In this document: positions 33,101 through 42,900 of the stretch, piece after piece | Layout: every line of letters begins with the position of its first letter | Position numbering within the stretch: the first letter of the stretch is position 1 | From: an uncultured Calditrichaceae bacterium | GTDB taxonomy: Bacteria; Calditrichota; Calditrichia; Calditrichales; J004 | Reading direction: 5' to 3' | Assembly: GCA_964456445.1 (NCBI GenBank) | Contig: CAYWBI010000001.1 | Location: 49,593-113,592, forward strand | Length of the DNA stretch: 64,000 nucleotides | Notes under the pieces: generated by a model | The model's input: only the letters and a program-made list of their open reading frames with translations | Told to the model about the DNA's origin: nothing | Databases searched by the model: none | Made by a program: the position numbers and the translations under genes

Positions 33101-36100
33101 CAAGGCACTCTTCCTGAACAGTGACAAAGATATGCCCATTGAACTGATCCGAACGGCATACACTTCCGTCGCTTCAAGTCTTCAGATTTTCAGCCTGGAG
33201 ACAGATCAGGGACAAGGCCAACGTTGGGTCATGAATGCCATGGGTAGCGCGGTAAAAGAAAAAACCCAAACCCCTGTGCTGGATATGGAGGCTTTGAGAA
33301 AATCATGCTCAACGCAAATTGAAACAGGTGAATTTTATAATCAGCTCCATGAGAAAGGGTTGCAATACGGGCCTAACTTTCAGGGCGTCCATGAAATTTA
33401 CCAGGGCGATCATCAGGCTTTTTCGCGTTTGGAAATCGATAAAAATTTGTTAAAACAATCATCAGAATATCGTATTCACCCTGCATTACTCGATGCGGCG
33501 TTACAAACTTTGTCGGCCACATTTTCAACAAAAGAGCTTGATTCGGATAATGCAACCTTTTTGCCGGTCGGTATTGGAAATATCTGGAGTTATAAAAAGG
33601 CCACATCTTCGGCCATGTGCCATGTACGGCTTACATCGGAAATCGGTCCGGCCGCCCGGTACATAACCGGTGACCTTGCCCTGTTTGATGATGAAGGAGC
33701 GCTTCTTGCCCGGATTGAAGGCCTGAAACTACAAAAACTTGGATATCAGGAAGAAGAAGACCTTAGCGATTGGTATTATACCGTTGAATGGCCGCAACAA
33801 GCGCTTGAAGACGTTGAAGAGCATCCCCAGCTCGAAGCAGCAGATTACTGGTTGGTATTTGCCGACAAACACAGCAGTGGCGCAAAAATTGGCGAAGGTT
33901 TTAACATGGCCGGTGGCACAGTGTTTTATGCCCGCCCCGCGGATAACTTTACCAGGATTGATGAATATATTTATGGGATTAATCCCGAGAACAAAGCAGA
34001 TTTTAAGGCCTTGTTCGATCAGATAGGGCAAGTAAACAACGGAAATTTAAAAGGCGTCATTTATCTTTGGGCCCTTGAGGCGGTAGAAAACAATCAACTT
34101 GAAGCAAATAATATATATAATGCCACACAGAAGATATTGACCCCTGCCCTTTACTTGATGCAGGCGCTTGTGGAAAATGTTTTTAAACATCGTCCTAAAG
34201 TTGCTTTTATTACACGTTATGGCCGTACCTGTCTAAAGTCTGACCCGGAACTTTCCGCCATCCAAAGCGCACTTTGGGGCCTTGCCCGTGTATATTCGAC
34301 GGAAAACCCGGCCTGGCATATTTTAAAAATTGATTTTGATTCTTTTGATTCTGCTCCCTCGCTTCTGATTCAGGAATTGACCGCCAATCATGGCGAAGAG
34401 CAAATCTGTTACCGTGATGAAGTACGCCATGTGGCACGTATCGAACGTGCCCGTGAAGACTATACCTTAAAAGACAGCGAGGCTGAAGTTTCAGATGGCG
34501 GGCTTCAGATACCCGACGGGCCTTTCAATTTACAGATCACATCACCGGGGGTTTTATCTGCGCTCTCTTATCAGGCGGCCCAACGGATTGAACCCGGAAA
34601 GGGACAAATTGAAATTGATGTAAACGCCACCGGCTTAAACTTTCGTGATGTTCTGATGGCCCTTGGGCTTTACCCCGGGGCGCCAATACCACTTGGGTCG
34701 GAGTGTTCGGGAACGGTAAGCAAGGTAGGTGAAGGTGTAACGGATTTTAAACCCGGTGACGCGGTATTGGCCATAGCGCCTAATACTTTTGGGAAATACG
34801 CGGTTACCCTGTCCGATCTTGCGGCACATAAACCGGAAAATATCACTTTTGAAGAAGCGGCCACCTTGCCTATTACCTATCTTACCGCCTACTACGCGAT
34901 GGTTTACCTTGGTCGGCTTCAACCGGGCGAACGCATACTGATCCATGCCGGCGCAGGTGGTGTTGGACAGGCCGCCATTCGTATTGCACAGATGATTGGC
35001 GCTGATATTTATACAACCGCCGGCAGCGAACATAAACATCAGTTTTTACGTGATATGGGTGTGAAGCATATCATGAGTTCCCGTAATTTGGATTTTGCCG
35101 ATCAGATTATGCAGGAAACCCAGGGCGAAGGCGTGGACATGGTGCTAAACTCCCTGGCCGGTGAATTTATCCCAAGAAGTATAACGCTGTTAAAACCTTA
35201 TGGACGTTTTTTGGAAATCGGGAAAACAGATATTTTTCAAAATAGCCAAATTGATATGTACCCCTTCCGTAACAACCTGTCGTTCCATGCCATCGATTTG
35301 GATATGGTTTCCCGTGACAGGCCACAGATTATTCACGAGCTGTTTCGCCAATTGATGCAGTTATTTTCAGAGGGAAAACTCCAGGCCCTGCCAAAAACAA
35401 CTTTTGAAGCATCGGATACGGTAAAGGCCTTCCGTTATATGGCACAAAGAAAAAATATTGGAAAGATTGTTGTCAAGATAAAACCGGACGGTACGGAAAG
35501 TGATACAGGAAGCAGGCTCTTTAATGAAGAAGGCGTTTATCTGATTACCGGCGGGCTTGGTTCAATAGGCATCCGGTTGGCGTCCTGGATGGCGGCAAAA
35601 GGCGCCGGGCATCTTGTCCTGCTTGGCCGCAGCGCCCCAAACGACTTTGCCCTCAAAATCATTGACGATTTAAAAAAGAAAAACATCAAAGTGGATATCC
35701 ACGCCACGGATGTTGCCGACTACGATGCCTTAAAAAGGGTAATTAAACAATATCCAAAATTGAAGGGCGTTGTACATGCGGCCGGGGTTTTGAAAGATAT
35801 GCCAACCATCAAGCTGGAGTCCGATAGCCTGATGCAGCCACTGGCGCCAAAGGCGATAGGCGTCTATAATCTGCATAAATTAACAGAAAAACTCGATATC
35901 GACCTATTCCTTACTTTTTCCTCGGTCGCGGCTACGATTGGTAATCCCGGCCAGGGCAACTACGCCGCCGCGAATATTTTTATGGATGCCCTGATGGCGA
36001 TCCGGTATAAACGCGGATTACCGGCAACCAATATTAACTGGGGGTTTTGGGATACCGATGGTATGGCAAAGAGCAGCCAGGCAATCTCAATTCCTGGTGT

Positions 36101-39100
36101 TGGGTTTATTGATATTCAGAAAGGGTTTTTCATCCTTGAACGGATACTGCTCAATAAATCGCCCCATATGTTGATAACCTCGGTCAAATGGCCTGACTAT
36201 TTGGAACCGTATCCTGAAAATAAAATACCGCCCATTTATTGGAGTTTTGCGGATCAAAAACGGAAAGCCACCGGCAATGCCACTTCTGCGGGTGGAGCGA
36301 TTACGGCAGAAGCCCTGCTGGCATTGCCCCCGGATGAGCAGATGGAAAAAATGAACCGTTATCTGCAGGTGAAAATTGCCAAGGTGCTTGGTGTTCGCGT
36401 GGCAAAGTTAGACGTCGATAAACCGCTTAACAGCATGGGGCTGGATTCGCTGATGGCCATCGAACTTAAAAACAGCGTTGAAACCGGCCTGGGGACCAAC
36501 CTTGCCATTTCGGTACTTTTAAAGGGGCCATCCATCCTGGATTTATCACAGGAAATGATCTCCCAAATATTGGATGATGTTGATTCGGTTGAAGAAGACA
36601 ATGTTGAAATCGATGAAAGTGAATTTCCTGTAACCCATGGGCAACGTGCCATGTGGTTCCAACATCTGCTCTCCCCTTCCAGTATTTACAATCAGGTATA
36701 TGCCGTTAAGCTGAAAAAACCAATAAATGTTGATTTATTGCGGCGCTCCTTATATGCCCTAAGCATGCGGCACCAGGCCTTGCGGACAAACTTTATGGCT
36801 GTCGAATCTAAACCACAGCAAATCGTGCATGATGAACCGCGGCAACTCCTTCACGAAATTGACACGCGCGACCTTTCCGATGCCCAATTTAAAACGATTT
36901 TGAACCGTGAGATCAAACGGCCTTTTGACCTGGAGAACGACACGTTAACCAGGGTTATACTCTTCGACCGCCCGGACGACAGCCAGGTGTTCCTTTATAT
37001 TGGGCACCATATTACATCGGACATGTGGTCATTGGCGATATTTATGGATGAGCTGAATAAAATTTATTTAGCTGATGGCGTTGATAATCTTGACCCGATT
37101 CCCATGACTTTCGCCGAGTATGCCCGCGCAGCCAATCAAATGTTGGCAGGCAGGCAGGGCCGGCGTCATCTTGAATACTGGAAAAATGTGCTCAGCGGTG
37201 AACTGCCCATCCTGAATTTACAGACGGATAAACCCCGTCCGGCAATTCAAACCTACAATGGGCTCACCATTACCGATAATATAGATCCCAAAACAACAGC
37301 ACGGTTGACAGAAATTGCCAAGAAACACGGTACCACCCTGTATGCCCTGCTCATTGCCATTTATAAGATGATGCTGTATCATTATACCGGGCAGGAGGAT
37401 ATAATCATTGGTACCCCCACCACTGGACGGACAAAACCGGAATATGCCCCTTTAATCGGATATTTTGTAAACCCCGTAGCCATTCGCAGCCAGGTAAATG
37501 GTATGGAACGCTTTGATCAATTTCTTGAAAAAATGCGGGATATTGTGCTCGACGCCCTTGAACATCAGGATTATCCATTTAATCTTCTTGTGGAGAAACT
37601 GCATCCCAAACGCGACCCAAGCCGCACACCTGTGTTTCAAAATATGTTCGTTTATCAAAAAGCCTATTTGCTTCACGAATCGGGCATGTCCGGTCTTGCC
37701 GTTGCCGAAGATGGTGGTAAAATGACACTTGGAGAAGTTGAACTGGAGTCCATTGCCATTGAAGACCGTATCGTACCTTTTGACGTAACCATGCTCATGG
37801 CGGAAGTGGGCGATGGTTTGGGGATTTCCCTGCAATACAACACCAATCTTTTTGAAGATGCAACGGCCAAAAAGATGATCCGCAGTTTTAAAAATCTTAT
37901 AATCGCAGTATCCGGCGATCCGCTACGTAAAATTGCCGATTATTCCCTCCTGGAGAAAGACGAACGTAAAAACTTATTGCATAATTGGAACGCCACCGAT
38001 AGGATATATCATTCAATCGTTCCCGTTCATCGTCTCTTCGAACAGCAAGTGATAAAAGCGGAAGATAAAACAGCGCTTATATTGAACGACACTTCACTTA
38101 GCTATGGGCAGCTCAACGAACAGGCTAATTGTGTGGCCAATACACTTATTAATGCCGGTATTGGAGCAGATGATATAGTTGGCATTATGGCCGACCGCTC
38201 CTTTGAAATGATCGTAGCAATATTCGGGATTTTAAAGACCGGGGCCGCTTACCTGCCACTGGACTCGGGCTATCCTTCCGCGCGTCTGGATTTTATGCTC
38301 ACCGACGCCGGGGTTAAAACCTTGCTTACACAAAAGGGGCTGGAGGGAAAACTCTCGCAAAACAACATTCCGGTTCATTATATCGATGAAATGATTTCAG
38401 AAGGCAACTCCAAACAACCGGCAGTGAAAATTGACAAATCCAATCTCGCTTATATTATTTATACATCCGGTTCGACCGGGCGCCCTAAAGGCGTTATGAT
38501 AAGTCATGGTAATTTATTTAATCTGATACACGCACAAATAAAGTTGTTTGGCATTAAGCCCGAAACACGGTTGCTGCAATTTGCTTCGGTTAGTTTCGAC
38601 GCTGCAGCTTCCGAAATATTTACCACGCTATCCAGCGCCGCCACACTTTGTCTTGTTGATAAAGAAACCCTTCTTGACGGTTCAAAATTGGTTGACTATA
38701 TCCGTACCCAGGATATAAGCACCAGTACCATCCCACCTTCGGTATTACGGGTGATCATGCCTGAAAACCTAAATAAGCTAACCACCGTTATTTCCGCCGG
38801 GGAGGCCGTAAGGCCGGAAATTGTAAATATCTGGCAGGAATCTAACCCGAAACGAAAGATGATCAATGCCTACGGACCGACGGAAGCCACCATTTGCGCC
38901 AGTGCCTATACGATGACGGGCATACCTGAAGGTGATCAAATACCTATTGGAAAAGCCATTGACAACGTTCGTATTTATGTCCTGGATAAATACATGAACC
39001 CGGTAGCCATCGGAGTTCCCGGTGAATTGCATATTGGCGGTCAGGGCGTGGCCCGGGGTTATCTTAACCGTCCCGGTTTAACGGCCGAAAAATTTGTGCC

Positions 39101-39836
39101 CGATCCTTTCTCCGGTCATGCCGGTGAACGTTTGTACCGCAGCGGTGATCTGGTTGTGTACCGCAAGGATGGAAATCTTGTCTTTTTAGACCGTATTGAT
39201 TCCCAGGTTAAAATCCGTGGATTCCGAATTGAGTTGGGTGAGATTGAAAATAAAATCAAGGAAAACACGCAGATCCGCGATTGTCATGTAGCCGCATTTG
39301 GAAAAACAGATAAAAAGCTTGCCGCTTATATTATTGGCGAGGACGGCCTGGATATGGATGGGTTAAAATTCAATTTACATAAATCCCTGCCGGATTATAT
39401 GGTACCCTCTGTAATTATTGTACTGGATGAGTTGCCCTTGACGGCAAACGGCAAAATTGATACAGCTGCCTTGCCTTCGCCGGAAGGAACACGCGCTAAA
39501 TTCGTTAAGGCCCAATCTGAAATCGAAATTAAACTTACTGAAATCTGGGAAGAAATTCTCGGTGCCGATCCGATCGGCATTAATGATAACTTTTTTGATT
39601 TGGGCGGACATTCACTGAACATTGTACAAGCCCAGGGTAAAATAAAGGATATACTCGGTGTAGAACTAAACGTGGTGGACATGTTCCGTTATCCAACCAT
39701 CAGTTCTTTTGCCCTTTTTATTGAAAATGGGGACAACGGTGAAGAACGCTCGCGTAAATCCGAAGAGCGCGCCACAAAGGCCCGTGAAGCTACACGCGTG
39801 ACACAACAGCGACTAAAAAGCCGCCGCCGCCGATAG
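27930..39836 (+). CDS. Hybrid PKS-NRPS megasynthase: FAAL-ACP / KS-AT-DH-ER-KR-ACP / C-A-PCP
   Basis: 3968 aa. FAAL: N-terminal LTYAELDKKVRAFA...LLFPPGIDYIIAFFGCLYAGVIAVPAYPP, YTSGSTGTPKGV and GGPNFAYDLC. ACP Ser codon at 30003-30005 (GMDSAQ). KS Cys at 30684-30686 (DTACSSSL), plus HGTGT and GHLESAAG. AT GHSVGE (Ser at 32052-32054) and YAFHS. DH HPLLG plus DHVVQDSVVFP. ER LIHAGAGGVGQAAI. KR YLITGGLGSIG...GNYAAAN. ACP Ser at 36447-36449 (GLDSLM). C HHITSD at 37005. A YTSGSTGRPKGV. PCP Ser at 39612-39614 (GGHSL). Confidence 0.95.
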   Translation: MSPKNYQDPRFRPTTLVELLRWRAETRPNTRAFTFLVDGRKKEVQLTYAELDKKVRAFATLLQKKGLKGERALLLFPPGIDYIIAFFGCLYAGVIAVPAYPPDPNRLNRTLPRLQAIVHDAQASMALTNDSIMYMIKILRLGNKFTDTMERMPLLRKFRTTMNYFTAQKTGLANARELGELQWISSDDVLDSLADSWHEPDINESTIAFLQYTSGSTGTPKGVMLTHGNLLANSADIYTAFGYREGTEGVIWLPIYHDMGLIGGVMQPIYGGMSTTLLSPIHFLQKPMRWLETISRIKSVNVVSGGPNFAYDLCVKKVTQKHLETLDLSNWSVAFSGAEPVRYETVERFYNTFKDNGFKKEAFLSCYGLAEASLYVTGVDYKEIPPSMHFDKLELGKSKLISVSGSHPNAQHMISCGHPPLDQRVEIVNPQTFKIAEPDETGEIWVQGPNISQGYWNRKQATEETFGARISGSNDGPFLRTGDLGAMVDGELYITGRVKDLIIIRGRNYYPQDLEFVVENVHQAIRPGCSAAFSIEEDEQEKLVIVAEVRQQKNLPLEEITAMIRAAVSETNDIRVQTIVLIKARTISKTSSGKIQRHAVKNEFFEDKLKIIHRWDGSKSISEAAIIDEMDARQQPMEEKASPSTEISPVTKKGDLTLEIEAWLVMHLAETLEVDSDEIDVNKQFVTYGMDSAQAIGLVGDLEDYVQRPLSPTIIWDYPNISALAEYIGSDGGEAPVLLRKKQSTHEDEPIAIIGYSLRMPKAKTADEFWDNLRNGVDCISEVPETRWDIDKFYSAEPGTPAKMITRYGGFLDDVDQFDPQFFGISPREAPHMDPQQRLLLEVSYEAFENAGYNLQTLSGTETGVYIGISGADYLRLQVGDFERLNAYSGTGNAFCIAANRISYAYNLKGPSFSMDTACSSSLVAIHNAVTSLRKGECEMACAGGVNLVLAPDVTITFSQARMMSPDGRCRTFDAGANGYVRGDGVGVIILKRLEDALKDGDPVRAIIRGSAVNQDGKSNGITAPNGIAQQQCIREALSDAHVKASDVSYVETHGTGTPLGDPIETEAMKAAMMEGRSDEDDLFIGSVKTNIGHLESAAGISGILKTVLALEHETIPKHLHFTKLNPHIHLENTPIKIASETMHWSRNGKPRIAGVSAYGFGGTNAHVILQESMDSLDNQVERDYSNINGPYALALSAHTEKAVADMARSYAKALSAKKYQVKENFIDFIYSANVHRGQFDHSSVVIATDRDDLLKKLNNFETTETVPGIIKGSSQINAQNKTLFVYSGQGPQWFAMGRQLLEKEPVFKRAIQQINDLLSEYAGWSLIEELSRDEENTRVGETEIAQPAIFAIQVALTRLWASWGVKPAAVVGHSVGEVAAAYVSGTLSLKDAVKVIYHRGRLMQRATGFGKMASVDLSIEKAREAIKGYEGKLGVGAHNSPQNTVLSGDANALREVLDKLDKQGIYTKMLRVNYAFHSPNMDAYKQELIDSLQGIQIHSAVIPIYSTLSGKRSVETEYDPIYWSNNIREKVSFSEAMDSVLKDGYSIFVEIAPHPVLGGSIRQCAGQVKKEATIVASLKRNADEHETIYAALSALYCNGIPINWKALFPANAHFTPLPNYPWQHERYWFELKGNDPNNAPIFKNPASAFSGGHPLLGKERKEPLAPAKTVFSTTIDLDRLNYLKDHVVQDSVVFPAAAYIEMAMSSIHASDDEMVKIADINFFKALFLNSDKDMPIELIRTAYTSVASSLQIFSLETDQGQGQRWVMNAMGSAVKEKTQTPVLDMEALRKSCSTQIETGEFYNQLHEKGLQYGPNFQGVHEIYQGDHQAFSRLEIDKNLLKQSSEYRIHPALLDAALQTLSATFSTKELDSDNATFLPVGIGNIWSYKKATSSAMCHVRLTSEIGPAARYITGDLALFDDEGALLARIEGLKLQKLGYQEEEDLSDWYYTVEWPQQALEDVEEHPQLEAADYWLVFADKHSSGAKIGEGFNMAGGTVFYARPADNFTRIDEYIYGINPENKADFKALFDQIGQVNNGNLKGVIYLWALEAVENNQLEANNIYNATQKILTPALYLMQALVENVFKHRPKVAFITRYGRTCLKSDPELSAIQSALWGLARVYSTENPAWHILKIDFDSFDSAPSLLIQELTANHGEEQICYRDEVRHVARIERAREDYTLKDSEAEVSDGGLQIPDGPFNLQITSPGVLSALSYQAAQRIEPGKGQIEIDVNATGLNFRDVLMALGLYPGAPIPLGSECSGTVSKVGEGVTDFKPGDAVLAIAPNTFGKYAVTLSDLAAHKPENITFEEAATLPITYLTAYYAMVYLGRLQPGERILIHAGAGGVGQAAIRIAQMIGADIYTTAGSEHKHQFLRDMGVKHIMSSRNLDFADQIMQETQGEGVDMVLNSLAGEFIPRSITLLKPYGRFLEIGKTDIFQNSQIDMYPFRNNLSFHAIDLDMVSRDRPQIIHELFRQLMQLFSEGKLQALPKTTFEASDTVKAFRYMAQRKNIGKIVVKIKPDGTESDTGSRLFNEEGVYLITGGLGSIGIRLASWMAAKGAGHLVLLGRSAPNDFALKIIDDLKKKNIKVDIHATDVADYDALKRVIKQYPKLKGVVHAAGVLKDMPTIKLESDSLMQPLAPKAIGVYNLHKLTEKLDIDLFLTFSSVAATIGNPGQGNYAAANIFMDALMAIRYKRGLPATNINWGFWDTDGMAKSSQAISIPGVGFIDIQKGFFILERILLNKSPHMLITSVKWPDYLEPYPENKIPPIYWSFADQKRKATGNATSAGGAITAEALLALPPDEQMEKMNRYLQVKIAKVLGVRVAKLDVDKPLNSMGLDSLMAIELKNSVETGLGTNLAISVLLKGPSILDLSQEMISQILDDVDSVEEDNVEIDESEFPVTHGQRAMWFQHLLSPSSIYNQVYAVKLKKPINVDLLRRSLYALSMRHQALRTNFMAVESKPQQIVHDEPRQLLHEIDTRDLSDAQFKTILNREIKRPFDLENDTLTRVILFDRPDDSQVFLYIGHHITSDMWSLAIFMDELNKIYLADGVDNLDPIPMTFAEYARAANQMLAGRQGRRHLEYWKNVLSGELPILNLQTDKPRPAIQTYNGLTITDNIDPKTTARLTEIAKKHGTTLYALLIAIYKMMLYHYTGQEDIIIGTPTTGRTKPEYAPLIGYFVNPVAIRSQVNGMERFDQFLEKMRDIVLDALEHQDYPFNLLVEKLHPKRDPSRTPVFQNMFVYQKAYLLHESGMSGLAVAEDGGKMTLGEVELESIAIEDRIVPFDVTMLMAEVGDGLGISLQYNTNLFEDATAKKMIRSFKNLIIAVSGDPLRKIADYSLLEKDERKNLLHNWNATDRIYHSIVPVHRLFEQQVIKAEDKTALILNDTSLSYGQLNEQANCVANTLINAGIGADDIVGIMADRSFEMIVAIFGILKTGAAYLPLDSGYPSARLDFMLTDAGVKTLLTQKGLEGKLSQNNIPVHYIDEMISEGNSKQPAVKIDKSNLAYIIYTSGSTGRPKGVMISHGNLFNLIHAQIKLFGIKPETRLLQFASVSFDAAASEIFTTLSSAATLCLVDKETLLDGSKLVDYIRTQDISTSTIPPSVLRVIMPENLNKLTTVISAGEAVRPEIVNIWQESNPKRKMINAYGPTEATICASAYTMTGIPEGDQIPIGKAIDNVRIYVLDKYMNPVAIGVPGELHIGGQGVARGYLNRPGLTAEKFVPDPFSGHAGERLYRSGDLVVYRKDGNLVFLDRIDSQVKIRGFRIELGEIENKIKENTQIRDCHVAAFGKTDKKLAAYIIGEDGLDMDGLKFNLHKSLPDYMVPSVIIVLDELPLTANGKIDTAALPSPEGTRAKFVKAQSEIEIKLTEIWEEILGADPIGINDNFFDLGGHSLNIVQAQGKIKDILGVELNVVDMFRYPTISSFALFIENGDNGEERSRKSEERATKAREATRVTQQRLKSRRRR
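30172..36560 (+). other. Fully reducing PKS module KS-AT-DH-(psiKR)-ER-KR-ACP
   Basis: Motif order is as listed for the parent CDS. The psiKR entry motif DWYYTVEW follows the DH. Borders are approximate. Confidence 0.85.
36620..39720 (+). other. NRPS module C-A-PCP, A-domain code DASTIAAICK (aromatic, Tyr-like)
   Basis: The code was read by eye against GrsA numbering from FDAAASE / STSTIPP / VISAGE / INAYGPTEATIC. It is closest to the published Tyr code DASTVAAVCK and the Phe code DAWTIAAVCK. Confidence 0.6.
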
Positions 39837-39940
39837 AAATGGCCAGAACCATGCGAAGGATTTTACAAAGATGAAAAGAGATATGTAATAACGCTGAAGA
39901 GCGGTACATTATAACTACAGAGAGTGTAAATTGAATTCTT

Positions 39941-39963
39941 AAGGGCTTGGCTACCGGGCCCTT
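39941..39963 (+). terminator. Weak hairpin (terminator/attenuator-like) between megasynthase genes 1 and 2
   Basis: AAGGGC-(11 nt)-GCCCTT followed by TTACGCGTTTTATT. The U-tract is interrupted. Confidence 0.25.
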
Positions 39964-39998
39964 TTACGCGTTTTATTAACAGGATTAATTTTAGAAAA

Positions 39999-42900
39999 AT
40001 GTCTGAAATCAACGAAGAACTGGATATTGCGGTAATCGGTATGGCCGGACGTTTTCCCGGTGCTGATGATATAAATGAATTTTGGGAAAAATTAAAAGCA
40101 GGTGTGGAACTGATCAGGCACTTCAGCGGTGAAGAACTTATCGAAGCAGGTGTTGACCCAAAATTAGTGCAAAATCCAAGATATGTAAAAGCCCGTGGTA
40201 TCATAAACGATGCGGATGGTTTTGATGCTTATTTTTTCGATTACTCGCCTCATGAGGCGGAGATCATTGATCCGCAACATCGTCTGTTTCTTGAAAAATG
40301 CTGGGAGGCCATGGAACATGCCGGTTACAATGCGGAAGACTATGATGGGCTGATCGGGCTTTTTGGCGGTGTCAGTATGAACACGAATTTGTATGGCTAC
40401 CTTGCCGATCGTGGCAAACCGCTGGATGCGGCGGAAGGCTATCAGTTGGCCATTGGCAATGACAAAGATTTTTTAACTACCCGGGTTTCCTATAAAATGA
40501 ACCTGCGCGGGCCCAGTCTGGATGTCCAGACCGCCTGTTCCACCTCGATGGTGGCCATCACCGTTGCCTGTCAGAACCTGTTAAATTATAGTTGCGACAT
40601 GGCCCTGGCCGGTGGCGTATCGATTTCGATGCCACAAGAACAGGGTTATTTGTATCAGGAAGGAATGATCCTCTCGCCTGACGGACATTGCCGTGCCTTC
40701 GATGCTAAGGCCCGCGGAACGGTAAGCGGCAACGGCGCCGGTGTCGTGCTGTTAAAACGCATCTCCGATGCTCTGACAGCTGGGGATACCATTCATGCGA
40801 TTATAAAGGGCACTTCTTTTAACAACGATGGCGCCCGGCGTGTGGGATATACCGCACCGGGTGTTGACGGCCAGGCAGATGTCATTGACGCCGCACAGTT
40901 CATGGCCGAAATCGATCCACGAACCATTTCTTATGTGGAAACCCACGGTACGGGTACGGAAATGGGAGACCCCATCGAGGTAAGCGCCCTTAAGCAGGTA
41001 TTTTCCCAGGCTACCCAGGACAAACAATTTTGCGCGCTTGGATCTGTAAAAAGCAATATCGGGCATCTTGACGCCGCTTCCGGCGTGGCCGGTTTTATAA
41101 AAACTGTCCTGGCATTGGAAAACAAACAAATCCCGCCCAGTCTGCATTATGAGAAACCCAATCCACAAATTGATTTTGAGAATTCACCTTTTTATGTGAA
41201 CGATAAACTACGAAACTGGAGTTCTGACGGTCCCCGCCGGGCCGGGGTAAGCTCTTTTGGCATTGGCGGTACAAACGTCCATGTGGTTTTGCAGGAGGCG
41301 CCAAAGTTAGAAAAAACAAATCATATTCCTTGCCCGAATTTGTTTGTGCTTTCCGCTAAAACGCCGAGCGCTTTGGATACAGCCAGCCATAATTTAGCCG
41401 ATCATTTTAAAAATCATGACGGTATAGATCCCGCGGATGCTGCCTTTACGCTTTTTAACGGCCGTAAGCATTTTAGTCAGCGTCGTTTTGTTGTGGCTTC
41501 TTCCATCAGCGATGCGCAAACAGTGTTGGAAGGTAAGGAACCCAAACGACTGTTGGGTATGGGACATAAAAAAAATCCATCGCAGCCCAATGTAGTTTTT
41601 CTTTTTTCCGGTCAGGGGGCGCAATATGTGAACATGGGCAAGGGGCTTTATGAAAACGAAACGGTTTTTAAAAAGGTGATCGACAATTGTTCGAAAATTC
41701 TGGAACCCCATTTGGGACAAAAACTAACCGACATTTTATATCCGTCTCCTGGCGCGGAAGAGACGGCTACGCGCATACTAACAGAAACACGCTTTACCCA
41801 GCCCGCCCTGTTTGTAATTGAGCTGGCCATTGCCAGGCTTTGGGAACATTACGGTATCAAAGCCACTGCTATGGCGGGTCATTCCATCGGCGAATATGTG
41901 GCCGCACATCTTGCGGGCGTTTTTAGCTTAGACAGCGTCTTAAAAGTAGTCGCGGAACGTGGTCGAATGATGCAATCCATGCCCGGGGGCCGTATGCTCA
42001 GCATCGATATTGACGCCCATGAAATCGATTCCTGGTTAATACCGGGGATATCCCTTGCAACTGTAAATACAAAGGGCGCCTGTGTGCTCTCCGGCCCGGA
42101 AGATAAAATTACCGAACTGGAACACAAGGTTATGGAAAAAGGCATCGGCTGTCGTCGATTGCACACTTCCCATGCTTTCCATTCTGAAATGATGGGGCCC
42201 ATACTTGAGGCTTTTAAGCACGTGGTGGAAAGTGAAACGCTTTCCAAGCCCACACATGATTATTTATCCAATGTGAGCGGTGACTGGATCAGCGAAGAAG
42301 AAGCCACAAGCCCGAATTATTATGCACGTCATCTGCGTGGTACGGTGCGGTTTGCAGATAACCTGGATCACCTTTTGGAAGATCCACAAGTCATATTGCT
42401 GGAAGTCGGCCCCGGTAAAACGCTGGCTTCCCTGGCTAAAAGGCATAGCCGCTATGGCCTCACACACACAGCCCTGGCCTCTTTGCGCCATCCGCAAGAC
42501 CCCATCGAGGACCGCATACAGTTCCTTACAACTGCCGGTCGTTTATGGCTGGCCGGAGCGAAGTTAAAGGCATCAGCCCTGTTCCCTGACGAAAAATATC
42601 ATCGTTTGCCTTTACCAACCTATCCTTTTGAACGCAAGCGTTACTGGCTGCATAAAACATCTGGCGGGAACACAAAACCAGCCCCGGCCGACGACAAACA
42701 AAATATGGTTACCGATTGGTTTTATACACCTGTCTGGAAAAAAACTTTTGCCTCTCTGCCGAAGCGTCAGGAAGCAGATAAAACACTTTTTGTTTTTTAC
42801 ACTGGAACCCACGAACCTGCATTTACCAAAAAATTGCCATCTGCCAATTATGTTGGCACCGGAAAGGAATTCCGGCAGGAGAACGATAATCACATATTGA

